The notes under the pieces were generated by a model. That model saw only the letters and a list, made by a program, of their open reading frames with translations, had not been told where the DNA came from and did not search any database. A DNA stretch of 64,000 nucleotides. Origin: an uncultured Gemmatimonadales bacterium (GTDB lineage Bacteria; Gemmatimonadota; Gemmatimonadetes; Longimicrobiales; Longimicrobiaceae). The stretch covers positions 4,256,001 to 4,320,000 of the forward strand of contig OY970303.1 in NCBI GenBank assembly GCA_963716255.1, written 5' to 3'. Positions within the stretch are counted from its first letter, which is position 1. Each line of letters begins with the position of its first letter. Of the stretch, positions 38,627 to 50,237 are shown piece after piece. A program made the translations under genes and the position numbers.

Positions 38627-40741
38627 ATGGCTTTCTACAGGAACCTGGTTCTCGCGGCGGGGCTGCTGCTCGCGGGGCGCCCGCTGGACGCGCAGGCGGT
38701 GCGCGGCGCCCTGGTGGAAAGCGCGGGCGGGCGCCCCGTCGCGGGGGCGTTCGTGGTGCTGCTGGACGCGGCGGGGAAGCAGGTGGCGGGCGGCTTCACG
38801 GACGCGGCGGGCGCCTTCCTGGTGCAGGCGCCGGGGCCGGGGAGCTACACGCTGCGGGCGGAACGGGTGGGCTTCGCCGCGGTGCGCTCCCCGGCGCTGC
38901 GGCTGGGCGCGGGGGAAACGGTGACGCACGGGCTGGAGATGGGGAGCGGGCCGGTGCAGCTGGAGGGGCTGGTGGTGCAGGCGGAGAAGCGGCGCTGCGC
39001 CGCGCTCGCCCAGGCGGGCGAGGCGACGGCGGCGCTGTGGGAGGAGGCGCGCAAGGCGCTGGGCGCCGCGGCGTGGACGGAGTCGCGGCGGCGCTTCCGC
39101 TACACCATCCAGCGGCACGTGCGCACCATGGACGTGGCGCTGCGTGTGCAGGCGGAGGAAGGGCAGCGGCTCACCGGCTTCGCGGGGAGCCCTTTCGTCA
39201 GCGTCCCGGCGGAGCGGCTGGCGCGCGAGGGCTTTTCCCGGCAGGAGGGCGACTCCACGGCGTACTTCGCCCCGGACGCGGCCGTGCTCCTTTCGGACGA
39301 GTTCCTGGACACGCACTGCTTCCGCGTGCAGGCGGGCGAGGGCGAGACCCGCGCGCTGGTGGGGCTGGCCTTCGAGCCGGTGCGGGGGCGCGGCCTCCCC
39401 GACGTGCGCGGCGCCCTGTGGCTGGACCCGGGCAGCGCGGAGCTTCGCCACCTGGAGTTCGAGTACACGGGGCTGGAGCTGCGCGGGGCCACGAGCCGCC
39501 TGGGCGGGCGGGTGGAGTTCGAGCGGCTTCCCTCGGGCGAGTGGATCGTCCCCCGCTGGCGCATCCGCGTCCCCGTGGTGGGGACGGACACCCTGAAGGT
39601 GGGAGCAAACCACTTCGAGCGCCGCCGGATGGCGGGGATCCGGGAGGCGGCGGGGGAGGTGCTGGAGGTGCGCTCGCCGGCGGGGGAGCTGATCCGCTCC
39701 ACGCAGCGCGCGTCGCTCGCCGGCGTGGTGTTCGACAGCACGCGCCTGGCGCCGCTGGCGGGGGCGCGGGTGCGGCTCGCGGGCACCGCCGTGGAGGCGC
39801 GGACCGACGCGGAGGGCCGCTTCCGGATCGCCGACGTGTCGGAGGGCCGCTTCAGCGTGGTCTTTTCCCACCCGCGCGCCGACTCGCTCGAGTATTCCCC
39901 CCCGCCCAGGACGGTGGACCTGCGGCGCGGCGCGGACGACGAGGTGAGGCTCGCCCTCCCCCCGCTGGCGGCGGTGCTGGCGGCGCGCTGCTCGCCGGCC
40001 GAGCGGCGGGCGGGGACCGGCGTGGTGGCGGGGACGGTGCGGGCGGAGGGGACGGCGCCGCCCCCGGGGACGCCGGTGCTGCTCACCTGGGCGGGCGCCG
40101 GCACGGCGCCGGCGGGCCGCACCGTGGCGTGGACGGACGCGGAGGGACGCTACGTGGCCTGCGCGGTGCCGCCGGGGGTGGCGGTGCAGGCGCGGGCCGG
40201 CTCGCCCGCGGGCGTGGCCGCGGAGGTGCGGGCGAGTGCGGACCGCCCCACGCTCCACGACCTCGCCCTCCCCGCGCCCAGGGCGGTGGTGCTGGAGGGG
40301 CTGGCGGTGGTCGCGGCGTCGCCGGAGGAGCGGGCGGCCCGCGCGGGCGGCACGCGCACCGACCTGGTGCTGCGTGCCGAGATCGAGGCGCTGCGCTCCG
40401 TCGCGGGCCACGTGGGCGACCTGGTGCGGCGCTTTCCCGGCGTCACCATCCAGGAAAACTTCGAGAACAGCGGCTCCAGCATCGCCACGGGGGTGTGCCT
40501 GGTTCAGCGGCGCAAGACGCAGGACACCCCGTGCGCGGCGGTGATCGTGGACAACGTGGTGGTGCCGGAGGGGATGCGCGAGATCGTCGCCCGCCCGCTC
40601 TCCGAGCTGGAAAGCATCCAGTTCATCCCCTCCGTGGCCGCCATGGGCAGGTACGGGACCGAGGCGCGCGGCGGGGCGCTGGTGATCTACACCGCCGGCA
40701 AGGGGCCGCACGCCCGCCGGCCGGGGACGCAGCCGGATTGA
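38627..40741 (+). CDS. Carboxypeptidase-regulatory-like repeat protein with plug-like C-terminus
   Basis: YFAPDAAVLLSDEFLDTHCF, GGRVEFERLPSGEWIV; paralog of 28911-31062. Confidence 0.8.
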   Translation: MAFYRNLVLAAGLLLAGRPLDAQAVRGALVESAGGRPVAGAFVVLLDAAGKQVAGGFTDAAGAFLVQAPGPGSYTLRAERVGFAAVRSPALRLGAGETVTHGLEMGSGPVQLEGLVVQAEKRRCAALAQAGEATAALWEEARKALGAAAWTESRRRFRYTIQRHVRTMDVALRVQAEEGQRLTGFAGSPFVSVPAERLAREGFSRQEGDSTAYFAPDAAVLLSDEFLDTHCFRVQAGEGETRALVGLAFEPVRGRGLPDVRGALWLDPGSAELRHLEFEYTGLELRGATSRLGGRVEFERLPSGEWIVPRWRIRVPVVGTDTLKVGANHFERRRMAGIREAAGEVLEVRSPAGELIRSTQRASLAGVVFDSTRLAPLAGARVRLAGTAVEARTDAEGRFRIADVSEGRFSVVFSHPRADSLEYSPPPRTVDLRRGADDEVRLALPPLAAVLAARCSPAERRAGTGVVAGTVRAEGTAPPPGTPVLLTWAGAGTAPAGRTVAWTDAEGRYVACAVPPGVAVQARAGSPAGVAAEVRASADRPTLHDLALPAPRAVVLEGLAVVAASPEERAARAGGTRTDLVLRAEIEALRSVAGHVGDLVRRFPGVTIQENFENSGSSIATGVCLVQRRKTQDTPCAAVIVDNVVVPEGMREIVARPLSELESIQFIPSVAAMGRYGTEARGGALVIYTAGKGPHARRPGTQPD

Positions 40742-40813
40742 AGAGCCCGCCCCCGAACGGCGGCCCGGGACGGTCCCGGGACCGCGAGCCCACGACACGC
40801 CGCCGGGCCGCAT

Positions 40814-40961
40814 GACCTCCAGCGCGAGCCCCGCGTGAGGGATTTCGGCCCGAAGGGGCGAGACCCCGCGGCAGTTTGCGGGGGCTCGACTCCGTTAGCG
40901 AGCGTAGTTTGCTCGCTTACGGAGCCGAAGCCCGACCCCGGCGCCAGCCGGGGGCACGCCC
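40814..40961 (+). repeat. Repeat family A copy 4
   Basis: Same scaffold as the other A copies. Confidence 0.9.
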
Positions 40962-41000
40962 GACCCCGCCGTTGCCGTCCAAAGCCGTTGCCGTAAAAAC

Positions 41001-41036
41001 GGAGCCCCCGGCCGCTCAAACCCGGCCGGGGGCTCC
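41001..41036 (-). terminator. Terminator hairpin downstream of pdhC
   Basis: GGAGCCCCCGGCCG...CGGCCGGGGGCTCC with a T-run on the minus strand. Confidence 0.6.
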
Positions 41037-41066
41037 ATCTTCACATCATTACGAAACCGCCGATCC

Positions 41067-42542
41067 TCAGGCGATCATCATCATCGGGTCTTCCAGGTAC
41101 CCCTTGAGCGTCTGGAGGAACTGCGCCCCCGTGGCCCCGTCGATCACCCGGTGGTCGCAGGTGAGGGTGACGTGCATCCGCGGACGGACCGCCACCTCCC
41201 CGTTCACCGCAACCACCCGGTCCTCCACCGCGCCCACGGCAAGGATCGCCGCCTCGGGCGGGTTGATGACCGCGGTGAACTGCTCGATCCCGAACATCCC
41301 CAGGTTGGAGATGGAGAAGGTGGAGCCGCTGTACTCCTCCGGCTTCAGCTTCTTGTCGCGGCCGCGCCCGGCCAGCTCCCGGACCTCCGTGGCGATCTCC
41401 CCCACGCCCTTGCGGTCCGCGTCGCGGACCACCGGGGTGATGAGCCCCTCGTCCACCGCCACCGCCACGCCGATGTGCACCGCGTCGTACAGGCGGATGG
41501 CGTCGCCCGTCCACGAGGCGTTCACGAACGGGTGCCGCCGCAGCGCCGCGGCCACCGCCTTGATGATCAGGTCGTTGGGCGAGACCTTGATCCCCCGGTC
41601 GGCGAAGCGCTCGTTGATCCGCTTGCGCAGCGCCATGGCCTCCCCCATGTCGATCTCCACCGTGAGGTAGAAGTGGGGGACCGGGCCGGAGGAGAGCGCC
41701 AGCCGCTTGGCGATCGTCTTCCGCATCTGCGTGAGCGGGTGGTCGTGCGACGCGGCCGCGGGAGCCGCGGCCGGAGCCGCCGCCTGCGGGGCCTCCGCCG
41801 CGGGAGCCTGCGCCGCCGGGGCGGGGGCCGCGGTCTCCGCCGCCGGGCGCTGCGCCCCGCCCCCGCCCCCGGCCGCCTGCTGGATGTCGCGCTTCACGAT
41901 GCGGCCGCCGGGGCCGCTCCCCTGCAGCCCGGAGATCTCCACCCCCGCCTCGGTCGCCAGCCGCCGGGCCAGCGGGGACGCACGCACGCGCCCGCCCGCC
42001 TGCTGCCCGTTGCCGCCGCCGGCCGCCTGCACGATGGAGGGCTGCCCCTCCTGCGTGGCCGCCCGCGTCCCGGAGTCCGGGGTGGGCGTGGGAGCCGCGC
42101 CCGCCGGGGTTGCCTCCCCGGGGGTGCCGCGCTCCGCCTGGTCCTCCTCCGTCTGGCCGGCCGCCGCCACCGCCGCCGCGCCCCGGCCCACGTCGCCGCC
42201 GGCCGCCGCCGCCTCCGCGCGCCCCGGAGCCGGGGCCTCCGCGGTGGAGGGCGCCTGCGAGGCCGCGGCCTCCGCGCCGCCCGTGAGCGCCGACACGTCC
42301 TCGTCCGCGCCGGCGATCACCGCGATCACCGTCCCCACGTTGGACGTGTCGCCCTCGCCGATCATGCGCTTGCGGAGCACGCCCGAGCCGCGCGCCACCA
42401 GCTCCATGGTCGCCTTGTCCGTTTCCACCTCGGCGAGGACGTCGCCCTCCTTGACCTCGTCGCCCTCGTTCTTGAGCCAGGTTACGAGCCGCCCCTCCTC
42501 CATCGTGGGGGAGAGCGCTTCCATGTAGACCTTGGTTGCCAC
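41067..42542 (-). CDS. pdhC: Pyruvate dehydrogenase E2 (dihydrolipoamide acetyltransferase)
   Basis: Lipoyl VETDKA, ASPLARRLA, SNLGMFG, DHRVIDG. Confidence 0.95.
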   Translation of the reverse strand: MATKVYMEALSPTMEEGRLVTWLKNEGDEVKEGDVLAEVETDKATMELVARGSGVLRKRMIGEGDTSNVGTVIAVIAGADEDVSALTGGAEAAASQAPSTAEAPAPGRAEAAAAGGDVGRGAAAVAAAGQTEEDQAERGTPGEATPAGAAPTPTPDSGTRAATQEGQPSIVQAAGGGNGQQAGGRVRASPLARRLATEAGVEISGLQGSGPGGRIVKRDIQQAAGGGGGAQRPAAETAAPAPAAQAPAAEAPQAAAPAAAPAAASHDHPLTQMRKTIAKRLALSSGPVPHFYLTVEIDMGEAMALRKRINERFADRGIKVSPNDLIIKAVAAALRRHPFVNASWTGDAIRLYDAVHIGVAVAVDEGLITPVVRDADRKGVGEIATEVRELAGRGRDKKLKPEEYSGSTFSISNLGMFGIEQFTAVINPPEAAILAVGAVEDRVVAVNGEVAVRPRMHVTLTCDHRVIDGATGAQFLQTLKGYLEDPMMMIA

Positions 42543-42561
42543 GTGTCTCTCTCCTCGGCTC

Positions 42562-43542
42562 TCAGCGGTACAGGACCTGGTTGACCTTCTGCACGACCAG
42601 CTCCGCGCTCGGCTTCGCCGACTTTTCCAGCCCCTTGGCGTAGGGCATGGGCACGTCCGCCTGGGTGACGCGGAGCACCGGCGCGTCCAGCTCGTCGAAC
42701 GCCTCCTCCTGGATCAGCGCCGCCACGGTGGCGGTGATCCCGCCGTACGGCCACCCCTCCTCCAGCAGCACCACCCGGTTGGTCTTGGCCACGGTGTTCA
42801 GGATGGCCTCGGTGTCCAGCGGGCGCAGGGAGCGCAGGTCCAGCACCTCCGCGTCGATCCCGTCCTTTTCCAGCTGCGCCGCGGCCTGCAGCGCCACGTG
42901 GATCATCTTGCCGTGGGTGATGATGGACACGTCCGAGCCCTGCCGCTTCAGGTCCGCGACCCCCAGGGGGATGACGTAGTCGTCGTCCTCGGGGACCTCG
43001 CCCTTGAGGTTGTACAGCATCTCGCCCTCGAACACCGCCACCGGGTCGTCGTCGCGGATGGCCGCCTTGAGCAGCCCCTTGGCGTCCGCCGGGGTACCGG
43101 GGACCACCACCTTGACCCCAGGGTAGTGCACCACCTGCGATTCCAGCGCCTGCGAGTGCTGCGCCGCCAGCTGCAGCGCCGCGCCCGTGGGCCCGCGGAA
43201 GGTCACCGGCATGCGGAACTGGCCCCCGCTCATGGACCTCATCTTGGAGGCCGAGTTGAAGATCTGGTCGAACGCCAGGATGGCGAAGTTCCAGGTCATG
43301 AACTCGATCACCGGCCGCAGCCCCACCATGGCGGCGCCCGTCCCCAGCCCGGCGAAGCCCAGCTCGGTGATGGGCGTGTCCACCACCCTCATCTCGCCGA
43401 AGCGGTCCAGGAGCCCCTTGGACACCTTGTACGCCCCGTTGTAGACCCCGACCTCCTCGCCCATCAGGAAGACGTCCGGGTCCCTTTCCATCTCCTCGGC
43501 GAGGGCCTGGTTCAGGGCCTCGCGGTACGTGATCACGGCCAT
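42562..43542 (-). CDS. pdhB: Pyruvate dehydrogenase E1 beta
   Basis: [40 protein letters not shown]. Confidence 0.95.
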   Translation of the reverse strand: MAVITYREALNQALAEEMERDPDVFLMGEEVGVYNGAYKVSKGLLDRFGEMRVVDTPITELGFAGLGTGAAMVGLRPVIEFMTWNFAILAFDQIFNSASKMRSMSGGQFRMPVTFRGPTGAALQLAAQHSQALESQVVHYPGVKVVVPGTPADAKGLLKAAIRDDDPVAVFEGEMLYNLKGEVPEDDDYVIPLGVADLKRQGSDVSIITHGKMIHVALQAAAQLEKDGIDAEVLDLRSLRPLDTEAILNTVAKTNRVVLLEEGWPYGGITATVAALIQEEAFDELDAPVLRVTQADVPMPYAKGLEKSAKPSAELVVQKVNQVLYR

Positions 43543-43691
43543 TTGGATGATTCCTTGGGAGTTCCCCGGCCTGCGGCCGGGTCGGGCTCTATTCTGCCGG
43601 ACACGAAACCACCGTGTCCGGCAGAACGGAGCCCCGCGGTACTGCTGCGGGTCTCCGCCCTTCGGGTTGCGATCCCTAACTCGACTGCGTT

Positions 43692-44859
43692 CTACCGGCG
43701 GCCGTCGAAGTAGAGGCGGCCGTTGACGTCCTCGGTCGAATAGATGTCGGTGTACAGCTCGTCCAGCTCCGGCTCGGGCGAGCTCTCGGCGAACTCGGCG
43801 GCCTCGTCGGACAGGCGCTTCACCTCCTCGTCCTGCTTCTCCAGCTCCTCCTGCGACAGGATCCCCTCGCGGGCGAGCAGGTCGGCGTAGATGCGGATGG
43901 GGTCCTTCTGCTTCTCGCGCTCCACGTCCTCCTTGGTCCGGTAGACGCCGGAGACCGGGTCGGACATGGAGTGGCCCACGAAGCGGTAGGTGCGCGCCTC
44001 GATCAGCGTGGGGCCCTCGCCGGCGCGGGCGCGGTCGGCGGCCTCCCTGGACACGCGGTACATGTCCAGCACGTCCATGCCGTCGGCGATGGCGGCGGGC
44101 ATGGCGTAGGCGCTCGCCTTCTGCGAGATGTCGTACAGCGAGGAGGCGCGCTCCCACGCGGTCCCCATCCCGAAGCGGTTGTTTTCCACGATGAGCACCA
44201 GCGGCAGCTTCCACAGCGCCGCCATGTTCAGCGACTCGTGGAAAGCGCCCTGGTTCACCGCGGCCTCGCCGCAGTACACCTGCATCACCTTCTTCTCGCC
44301 GCGGTACTTGATGGCCCACGCGATCCCCAGCGCCAGCGGGATCTGCGCGCCCACGATGCCGTGGCCGCCCATGTAGCCGTTCTCGGCCGAACATGTGCAT
44401 GGAGCCGCCCTTGCCCTTGGAGGTCCCGGTAGCGCGGCCGTACAGCTCCGCCATCACCGGGCCCGGGTCGATCCCCATCTGCAGGGCGTGCACGTGCTCG
44501 CGGTACGCGGTCATCACGTAGTCGCCCTTCTCCAGCGCGTGGATCGCCCCCACCGCCACCGCCTCCTGCCCGATGTACAGGTGGCAGAAGCCGCCGATCT
44601 TGCCCAGGGCGTACGCCTCCGCGGTCTTTTCCTCGAAGCGGCGGGCCAGGAGCATGTCGTACGCGATCCGGCGCAGCTTCTCCTCCGGGAGCGATTTGAG
44701 CAGCGCCGCGTCCGCGTCGGCCGGCTTCTCGGCCTGCTGCCACTCGCGGTCGGGGCCCTTCTCGCCGGCCGCGTGCTGCGCGTCGGCCGCGTCGGGCTGC
44801 GCGTGGTCTTCGCGGGGCTCGGGGCGGGCCTCGCCCTTCTTGGTCTTGGTCTCTGCCAT
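43692..44859 (-). CDS. pdhA: Pyruvate dehydrogenase E1 alpha, frameshifted near 44385 (probable sequence error)
   Basis: [11 protein letters not shown]...GKGGSMHMF in one frame and [12 protein letters not shown]...[11 protein letters not shown] in another. Confidence 0.9.
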
Positions 44860-44909
44860 CGTGTTGGTCCGGACGTTGGCGAATCTGGTCAGGATGAACA
44901 GGTGCCCTG

Positions 44910-45476
44910 TCAGAGCACCCGCTCGTAAACGTCGCGCAGCGCGAGCGTGCAGGCGATGGAGTCCAGCCGCAGGGCTGCGTCCAGCCCGCTCGTCTCGCTG
45001 AACAGCCAGAGCCCTTCCGACTGGCGGGCGTAGCGCTCCACGCGCGGCTCGTCCTGCTTCAGGAGCAGGTAGTCCATCAGCGTCGGGATGCGGCGGTAGT
45101 GCTCCCACTTCCCGTTGTGGTCGAAATCCGCGGTGGAGGGGGACAGCACCTCCACGATCAGCACCGGGTTCAGGAGCGTGTCCTGGTGCTCGTCCTCCAG
45201 ACGCGAAGAGCCGCAGGCCACCACCACGTCCGGGTAGAAGTAGGCGCCCGTGCGCTCCACCTTCACCCGCATGTCGCTCATGAACGGCTCGCACGGTCCG
45301 CCGCGGAGCTGCCCGTGGAGCAGGACCCCGACGTTCATGGCGATCCGGTTGTGCTTCCGGCTCGCCCCGGTCATGGCGCGCACGTCGCCGGCCAGGTACT
45401 CGCTCCGGTACTCGGCCGCGCGCTCGCGGACCAGGTACTCCTCGGGCGACAGCGTGGGCGTGTAGGTGGTCGTCAT
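44910..45476 (-). CDS. Uma2 family endonuclease
   Basis: [32 protein letters not shown]...K..HY. Confidence 0.9.
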   Translation of the reverse strand: MTTTYTPTLSPEEYLVRERAAEYRSEYLAGDVRAMTGASRKHNRIAMNVGVLLHGQLRGGPCEPFMSDMRVKVERTGAYFYPDVVVACGSSRLEDEHQDTLLNPVLIVEVLSPSTADFDHNGKWEHYRRIPTLMDYLLLKQDEPRVERYARQSEGLWLFSETSGLDAALRLDSIACTLALRDVYERVL

Positions 45477-45496
45477 GGCCGCGGCGCTCCCGTGGT

Positions 45497-46633
<1,137 letters not shown>

Positions 46634-46882
46634 ATCCCTTCTCCCGGGGCGGGCCGGACCCGTCCCCAACGTGAGCTTCGCGGAGCGCGATCTCCGGCGG
46701 AGCGGGGGGGTGCGCCGGTGAATCCGGCTCACCGGCCGCAACATCCATTCCCCGCCTCGTTCCGGAGCCCGGAAACTTACCCCGGGGTGATCCGCAATGC
46801 AACGCCGGGCGGGGGGCGGGGTTCGGCGCACCACATGGTTTCGGCCGGGACATGGACACGCTGCCGGCGGGCGACGTTCCGC

Positions 46883-49480
46883 CTATCGCCCCGACCTCCG
46901 GACGCGGCTCCTGGCCAGCACCAGCATCCGGTTCACCGGCCCGCAGGCGCCGAACGGGTGGACGTGCGCCTCGAGGATGTCGTTCGCGCGCGAGCCCACC
47001 ACCAGGGCGGCGCAGTCGTGGGAGATGAAGGCGGGGTCGGCGCCGTCGCCCATATAGCGGCCCAGCATCTTCCCGGTGGACGCATCCCACACCCGCGTCC
47101 CATCCGCCTCGCCGATGCTCACGACCAGTGCCCCGTCGGCGGAAAAGAAGGCGTGGTGGACTCCCGCCTCGTGCCCGAACAGCTCCAGGGGTGCGCCCCC
47201 CCCGCGAAGGTCCCAGATCCGCGCCAGCGCATCGCGGCTCGACGCGATGAGGCGGCCGCCGTCGGGGCTGAAGGCGAGGTGCAACACGCGCGTCGCACCC
47301 GCCGTGAGCACCGTGTCCAGGACGAGACGCCTCGCATCCCACATCCGCACCTTCCCGTCCTGGCCCCCCGTGGCGATTCGGAGTCCGTCCGGGCTGTACG
47401 CGGCGGCATAGACAGGTCCCACGTGTCCCCCGAGCGAGCCCACGACACGTCCAGTCGCCACCTCCACCACCAGTGCCGCCGGCTCGCCTGCCGTGAGGTC
47501 CGGGCTGCCGAGCGGGACCAGGAGCCGTGCACCGTCGGGGCTGAGCCGCCCGGACAGGTCTCCCGGCGGGGGCGGTCCCGGCACGTCGGCTATGGTGCTG
47601 AGATCGAGCGGGCGCCCCACCACGGCTCCGGTCCTGGCGTCCCAGGTGACGTAGCGGAGCCCACCCACCCACGCCACCACCCTGCGGCGGTCGCCGCTGA
47701 GCGCAGGCACCCTCAGCGGCTTCTCCGCGCCCCCGAGCCGGGGGAGCGACACCCCGTACCGGAGGCGGAAGAGTTCCGCCGGGCGAGCGGGCTTCGCGAG
47801 CCTGGTGCCTGGCTCCCACAGGCGAGCCTTTCCGTTGGCCGACACGCTCGCCACGTACCCGCCGTCAGGACTCACGGCCACCCCTTCCACGGCCGTGGTG
47901 TGCCCTCGGAGCACAGCCAGCTCCTCGCCGTTCGCCGTCCAGAGCCGGACGGTGCGGTCGTCGCTCCCGGTGGCGATGATCCGGTCCTGGGCACCGAACA
48001 CGGCGACGTTGATGGCGAGCCGGTGCCCGGTCAGGTGCCACGAGTCCTGCGAGTCGACGAGGTCCCACACCCGGGCCACCTTCTCGCCGATCGCGCTGGA
48101 TCCGCCGCCGCTCTCCGTGAAGAGGTCCTTGGCGGCCCAGGTGACGGCGCGCAGGCCGAATGCGCTCGCTGCCACGCCCGCCACCGGCTCGATCCCGTCG
48201 GGGAGGCGGCGGAGGACGCGGCCGGTGCGCGCCTCGCGAATCTCCTGGGGGCTGAAAAGCAGCATCGGATCCTCCTTCCACACCTCCATCGCTACTTCCA
48301 CTGCCTCTCTCGTGTCGGCGACCGCCGTGTCGGCCGGTGCGGGTAGGCAGCTGCGAGCGTCCAGGAGCCGGCCGTCCGCCGTAGCCACGAGGGCGCCCTC
48401 CTTGACGAAGCGGCCGTCCGTCCCCCCGCCGATCCGGCAGCCGGCCGCGCCGGTCGTGCCGTCCCACAGCTGCAGGTACGCACGCGCGCCGTCCACGACC
48501 ACGCGGGTAAGGATCAGTCTTCCGTCGGGGGAGAACGCGGCCGAAGCGATCCGCCCCGGGTCGGGCACCAGCTCGGCGCGGAGGGTGGAGCGGACGAGAG
48601 ATTCGCGGAGCGCCGCCACCGCGTCGGACGTTTCCGCGATCCCCACTGCCTCCATGGCGCGCTGCAGGCTCAGCCGTGGGTCCATGTCCAGTCCCGCCAC
48701 GGCCTGCGCGGCGCGCCCGCGCGAGCGGGCTTCGTCGCGCTGGACGATGGCGGCGCGGGCGGCGGCGACGGCCGCCGCCGTGAGCGCCACCAGCAGCAGG
48801 GAGGCCGTCCACGCCAGCCGGCGGGTCCGCCGGGCGATCCGGACGTCCTCGCCGATCAGCTCTTCCTTGCTCTTCCCGTGGAGGGTGGCGGCCAGGTCGG
48901 CGACCTTGCCGCGGAAGTAGGGGTTCTGGAGCGAGAGGTCTTCCTGCGTCTTCGCGTCGCGCAGGTCCACCCACAGCGGCTCGTGCGCGAAGACGTCCCG
49001 GAACAGCCGGGTGGGGAGGGCGCTGGTCCGCTCCGGATCGAACCCGCCAGCCTCCCTGTCCCAGTGGATCTCACCGCCGGTCAGGACGATCAGGAAGCGC
49101 CCGGCCGCCGTCCCTTCCCGCGCAGCAGGGGACCTGGTGAGCCAGTGGTCGACCTCGTCCCCCACCCACACGGACCGCGCGGCTTCGGGCGAGGCCATCA
49201 GGATGAAGTAGCGTGAGCGGTCCAGCGCCCGCTGGATGGACGGCCACAGCTCCGGCGTGGCCGACGTCCCCGTTTCGTCGCGGAACACGCGGAGCGCTCG
49301 CGGCCGGAAAAGCGGCCGGGCGAGGCGGTGGAGACCCTGCTGTATCCTGGGAGCGAGACGCCCGTCGGCGGCGTGGCTGTACGAGATGAACGCGTCGAAG
49401 AGCAGGTCCTCGCGCGTGGGGCGGCGACCGAACGGGAGCCAGGGGCGCCTCGGGGCGGCCGGCGTGGCTGTCGTGGTCAT
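46883..49480 (-). CDS. TIR domain - TM helix - WD40 repeat protein
   Basis: DAFISYSH, FRD, SPEAARSVWVGDEV; hydrophobic helix; GH...SPDG..IAT...D..VRLW repeats. Confidence 0.88.
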   Translation of the reverse strand: MTTTATPAAPRRPWLPFGRRPTREDLLFDAFISYSHAADGRLAPRIQQGLHRLARPLFRPRALRVFRDETGTSATPELWPSIQRALDRSRYFILMASPEAARSVWVGDEVDHWLTRSPAAREGTAAGRFLIVLTGGEIHWDREAGGFDPERTSALPTRLFRDVFAHEPLWVDLRDAKTQEDLSLQNPYFRGKVADLAATLHGKSKEELIGEDVRIARRTRRLAWTASLLLVALTAAAVAAARAAIVQRDEARSRGRAAQAVAGLDMDPRLSLQRAMEAVGIAETSDAVAALRESLVRSTLRAELVPDPGRIASAAFSPDGRLILTRVVVDGARAYLQLWDGTTGAAGCRIGGGTDGRFVKEGALVATADGRLLDARSCLPAPADTAVADTREAVEVAMEVWKEDPMLLFSPQEIREARTGRVLRRLPDGIEPVAGVAASAFGLRAVTWAAKDLFTESGGGSSAIGEKVARVWDLVDSQDSWHLTGHRLAINVAVFGAQDRIIATGSDDRTVRLWTANGEELAVLRGHTTAVEGVAVSPDGGYVASVSANGKARLWEPGTRLAKPARPAELFRLRYGVSLPRLGGAEKPLRVPALSGDRRRVVAWVGGLRYVTWDARTGAVVGRPLDLSTIADVPGPPPPGDLSGRLSPDGARLLVPLGSPDLTAGEPAALVVEVATGRVVGSLGGHVGPVYAAAYSPDGLRIATGGQDGKVRMWDARRLVLDTVLTAGATRVLHLAFSPDGGRLIASSRDALARIWDLRGGGAPLELFGHEAGVHHAFFSADGALVVSIGEADGTRVWDASTGKMLGRYMGDGADPAFISHDCAALVVGSRANDILEAHVHPFGACGPVNRMLVLARSRVRRSGR

Positions 49481-49601
49481 GGGGAGGAGGGGAGAATGAT
49501 CGGGCAGGAGCCGGCGCCTGAGAGACGCGGGGCGCCGGCCTGTCCCCCGACAATGTAGTGGATGGGCATCCGCGGGAAAGCCGTTTCTTTCCCTGCCGCC
49601 G

Positions 49602-50096
49602 TCACCACCCCTCGCTGCCGGGCTCCCCCTTGAACGGGCCCACCACGCGCGAGGTGATCCACCCCCCGTAGAAGCCGCCCGGCTGCGGAACGACGCGCTC
49701 GCCGTCCACCGTGCATTCGTCCATCACCGCCGGGTAGAAGGCGAGGTGGTCGCGGAGCGCCTCGTACCCGGGGAGCGGCGCGGGGTAGCTCCACGCGGCG
49801 CGCGGCCGGAGCACGCCGCCCCCCTCCACGTCCCAGTATCGGGCCAGCCCCTTCCACTCGCACAGGCTGGACCCCCTCGCCTCGCGCAGCGCACCGGGGA
49901 GCACGTCCTCCGGCGGGAAGTAGTAGACGGGCGGGTGCGTGGTTTCCAGCACCCGGATGCCGCGGTGCGTCTCCGCCACGGCCACGCCGCCCAGGACCAC
50001 GCGCAGCCGGCGGCCGGCGGGCTCGACGCGGGGCGGGCGCGGGTAGTCCCACACGGATTCCTGCCCGGGCTCGGGCTCCACGCGGTGGATGGACAT
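49602..50096 (-). CDS. DUF427 family protein
   Basis: ESVWDYPRPP, ETTHPPVYYFP, CEWKG, AWSYP, GGWIT. Confidence 0.9.
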   Translation of the reverse strand: MSIHRVEPEPGQESVWDYPRPPRVEPAGRRLRVVLGGVAVAETHRGIRVLETTHPPVYYFPPEDVLPGALREARGSSLCEWKGLARYWDVEGGGVLRPRAAWSYPAPLPGYEALRDHLAFYPAVMDECTVDGERVVPQPGGFYGGWITSRVVGPFKGEPGSEGW

Positions 50097-50237
50097 CGCT
50101 CTCGGGTCGGGGATGAAGGGCCGGTGCCGGAGCCGGCGGGCGCAAACCGCGCGCCGCGCCCGCGCCGTGAACGGGCACCGGCCGATGGAGCTCCATCGGC
50201 CGGTGCGGTACCGCGTCTCCTGCCTGCGGCTTCCGGC

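Noticed and set aside
42562..45294. 910-aa ORF that looks like a PdhA-PdhB fusion
   Set aside because: Artefact of the pdhA frameshift plus stop-poor GC-rich DNA; pdhB has its own start at 43542 and the PdhA C-terminal half is in another frame
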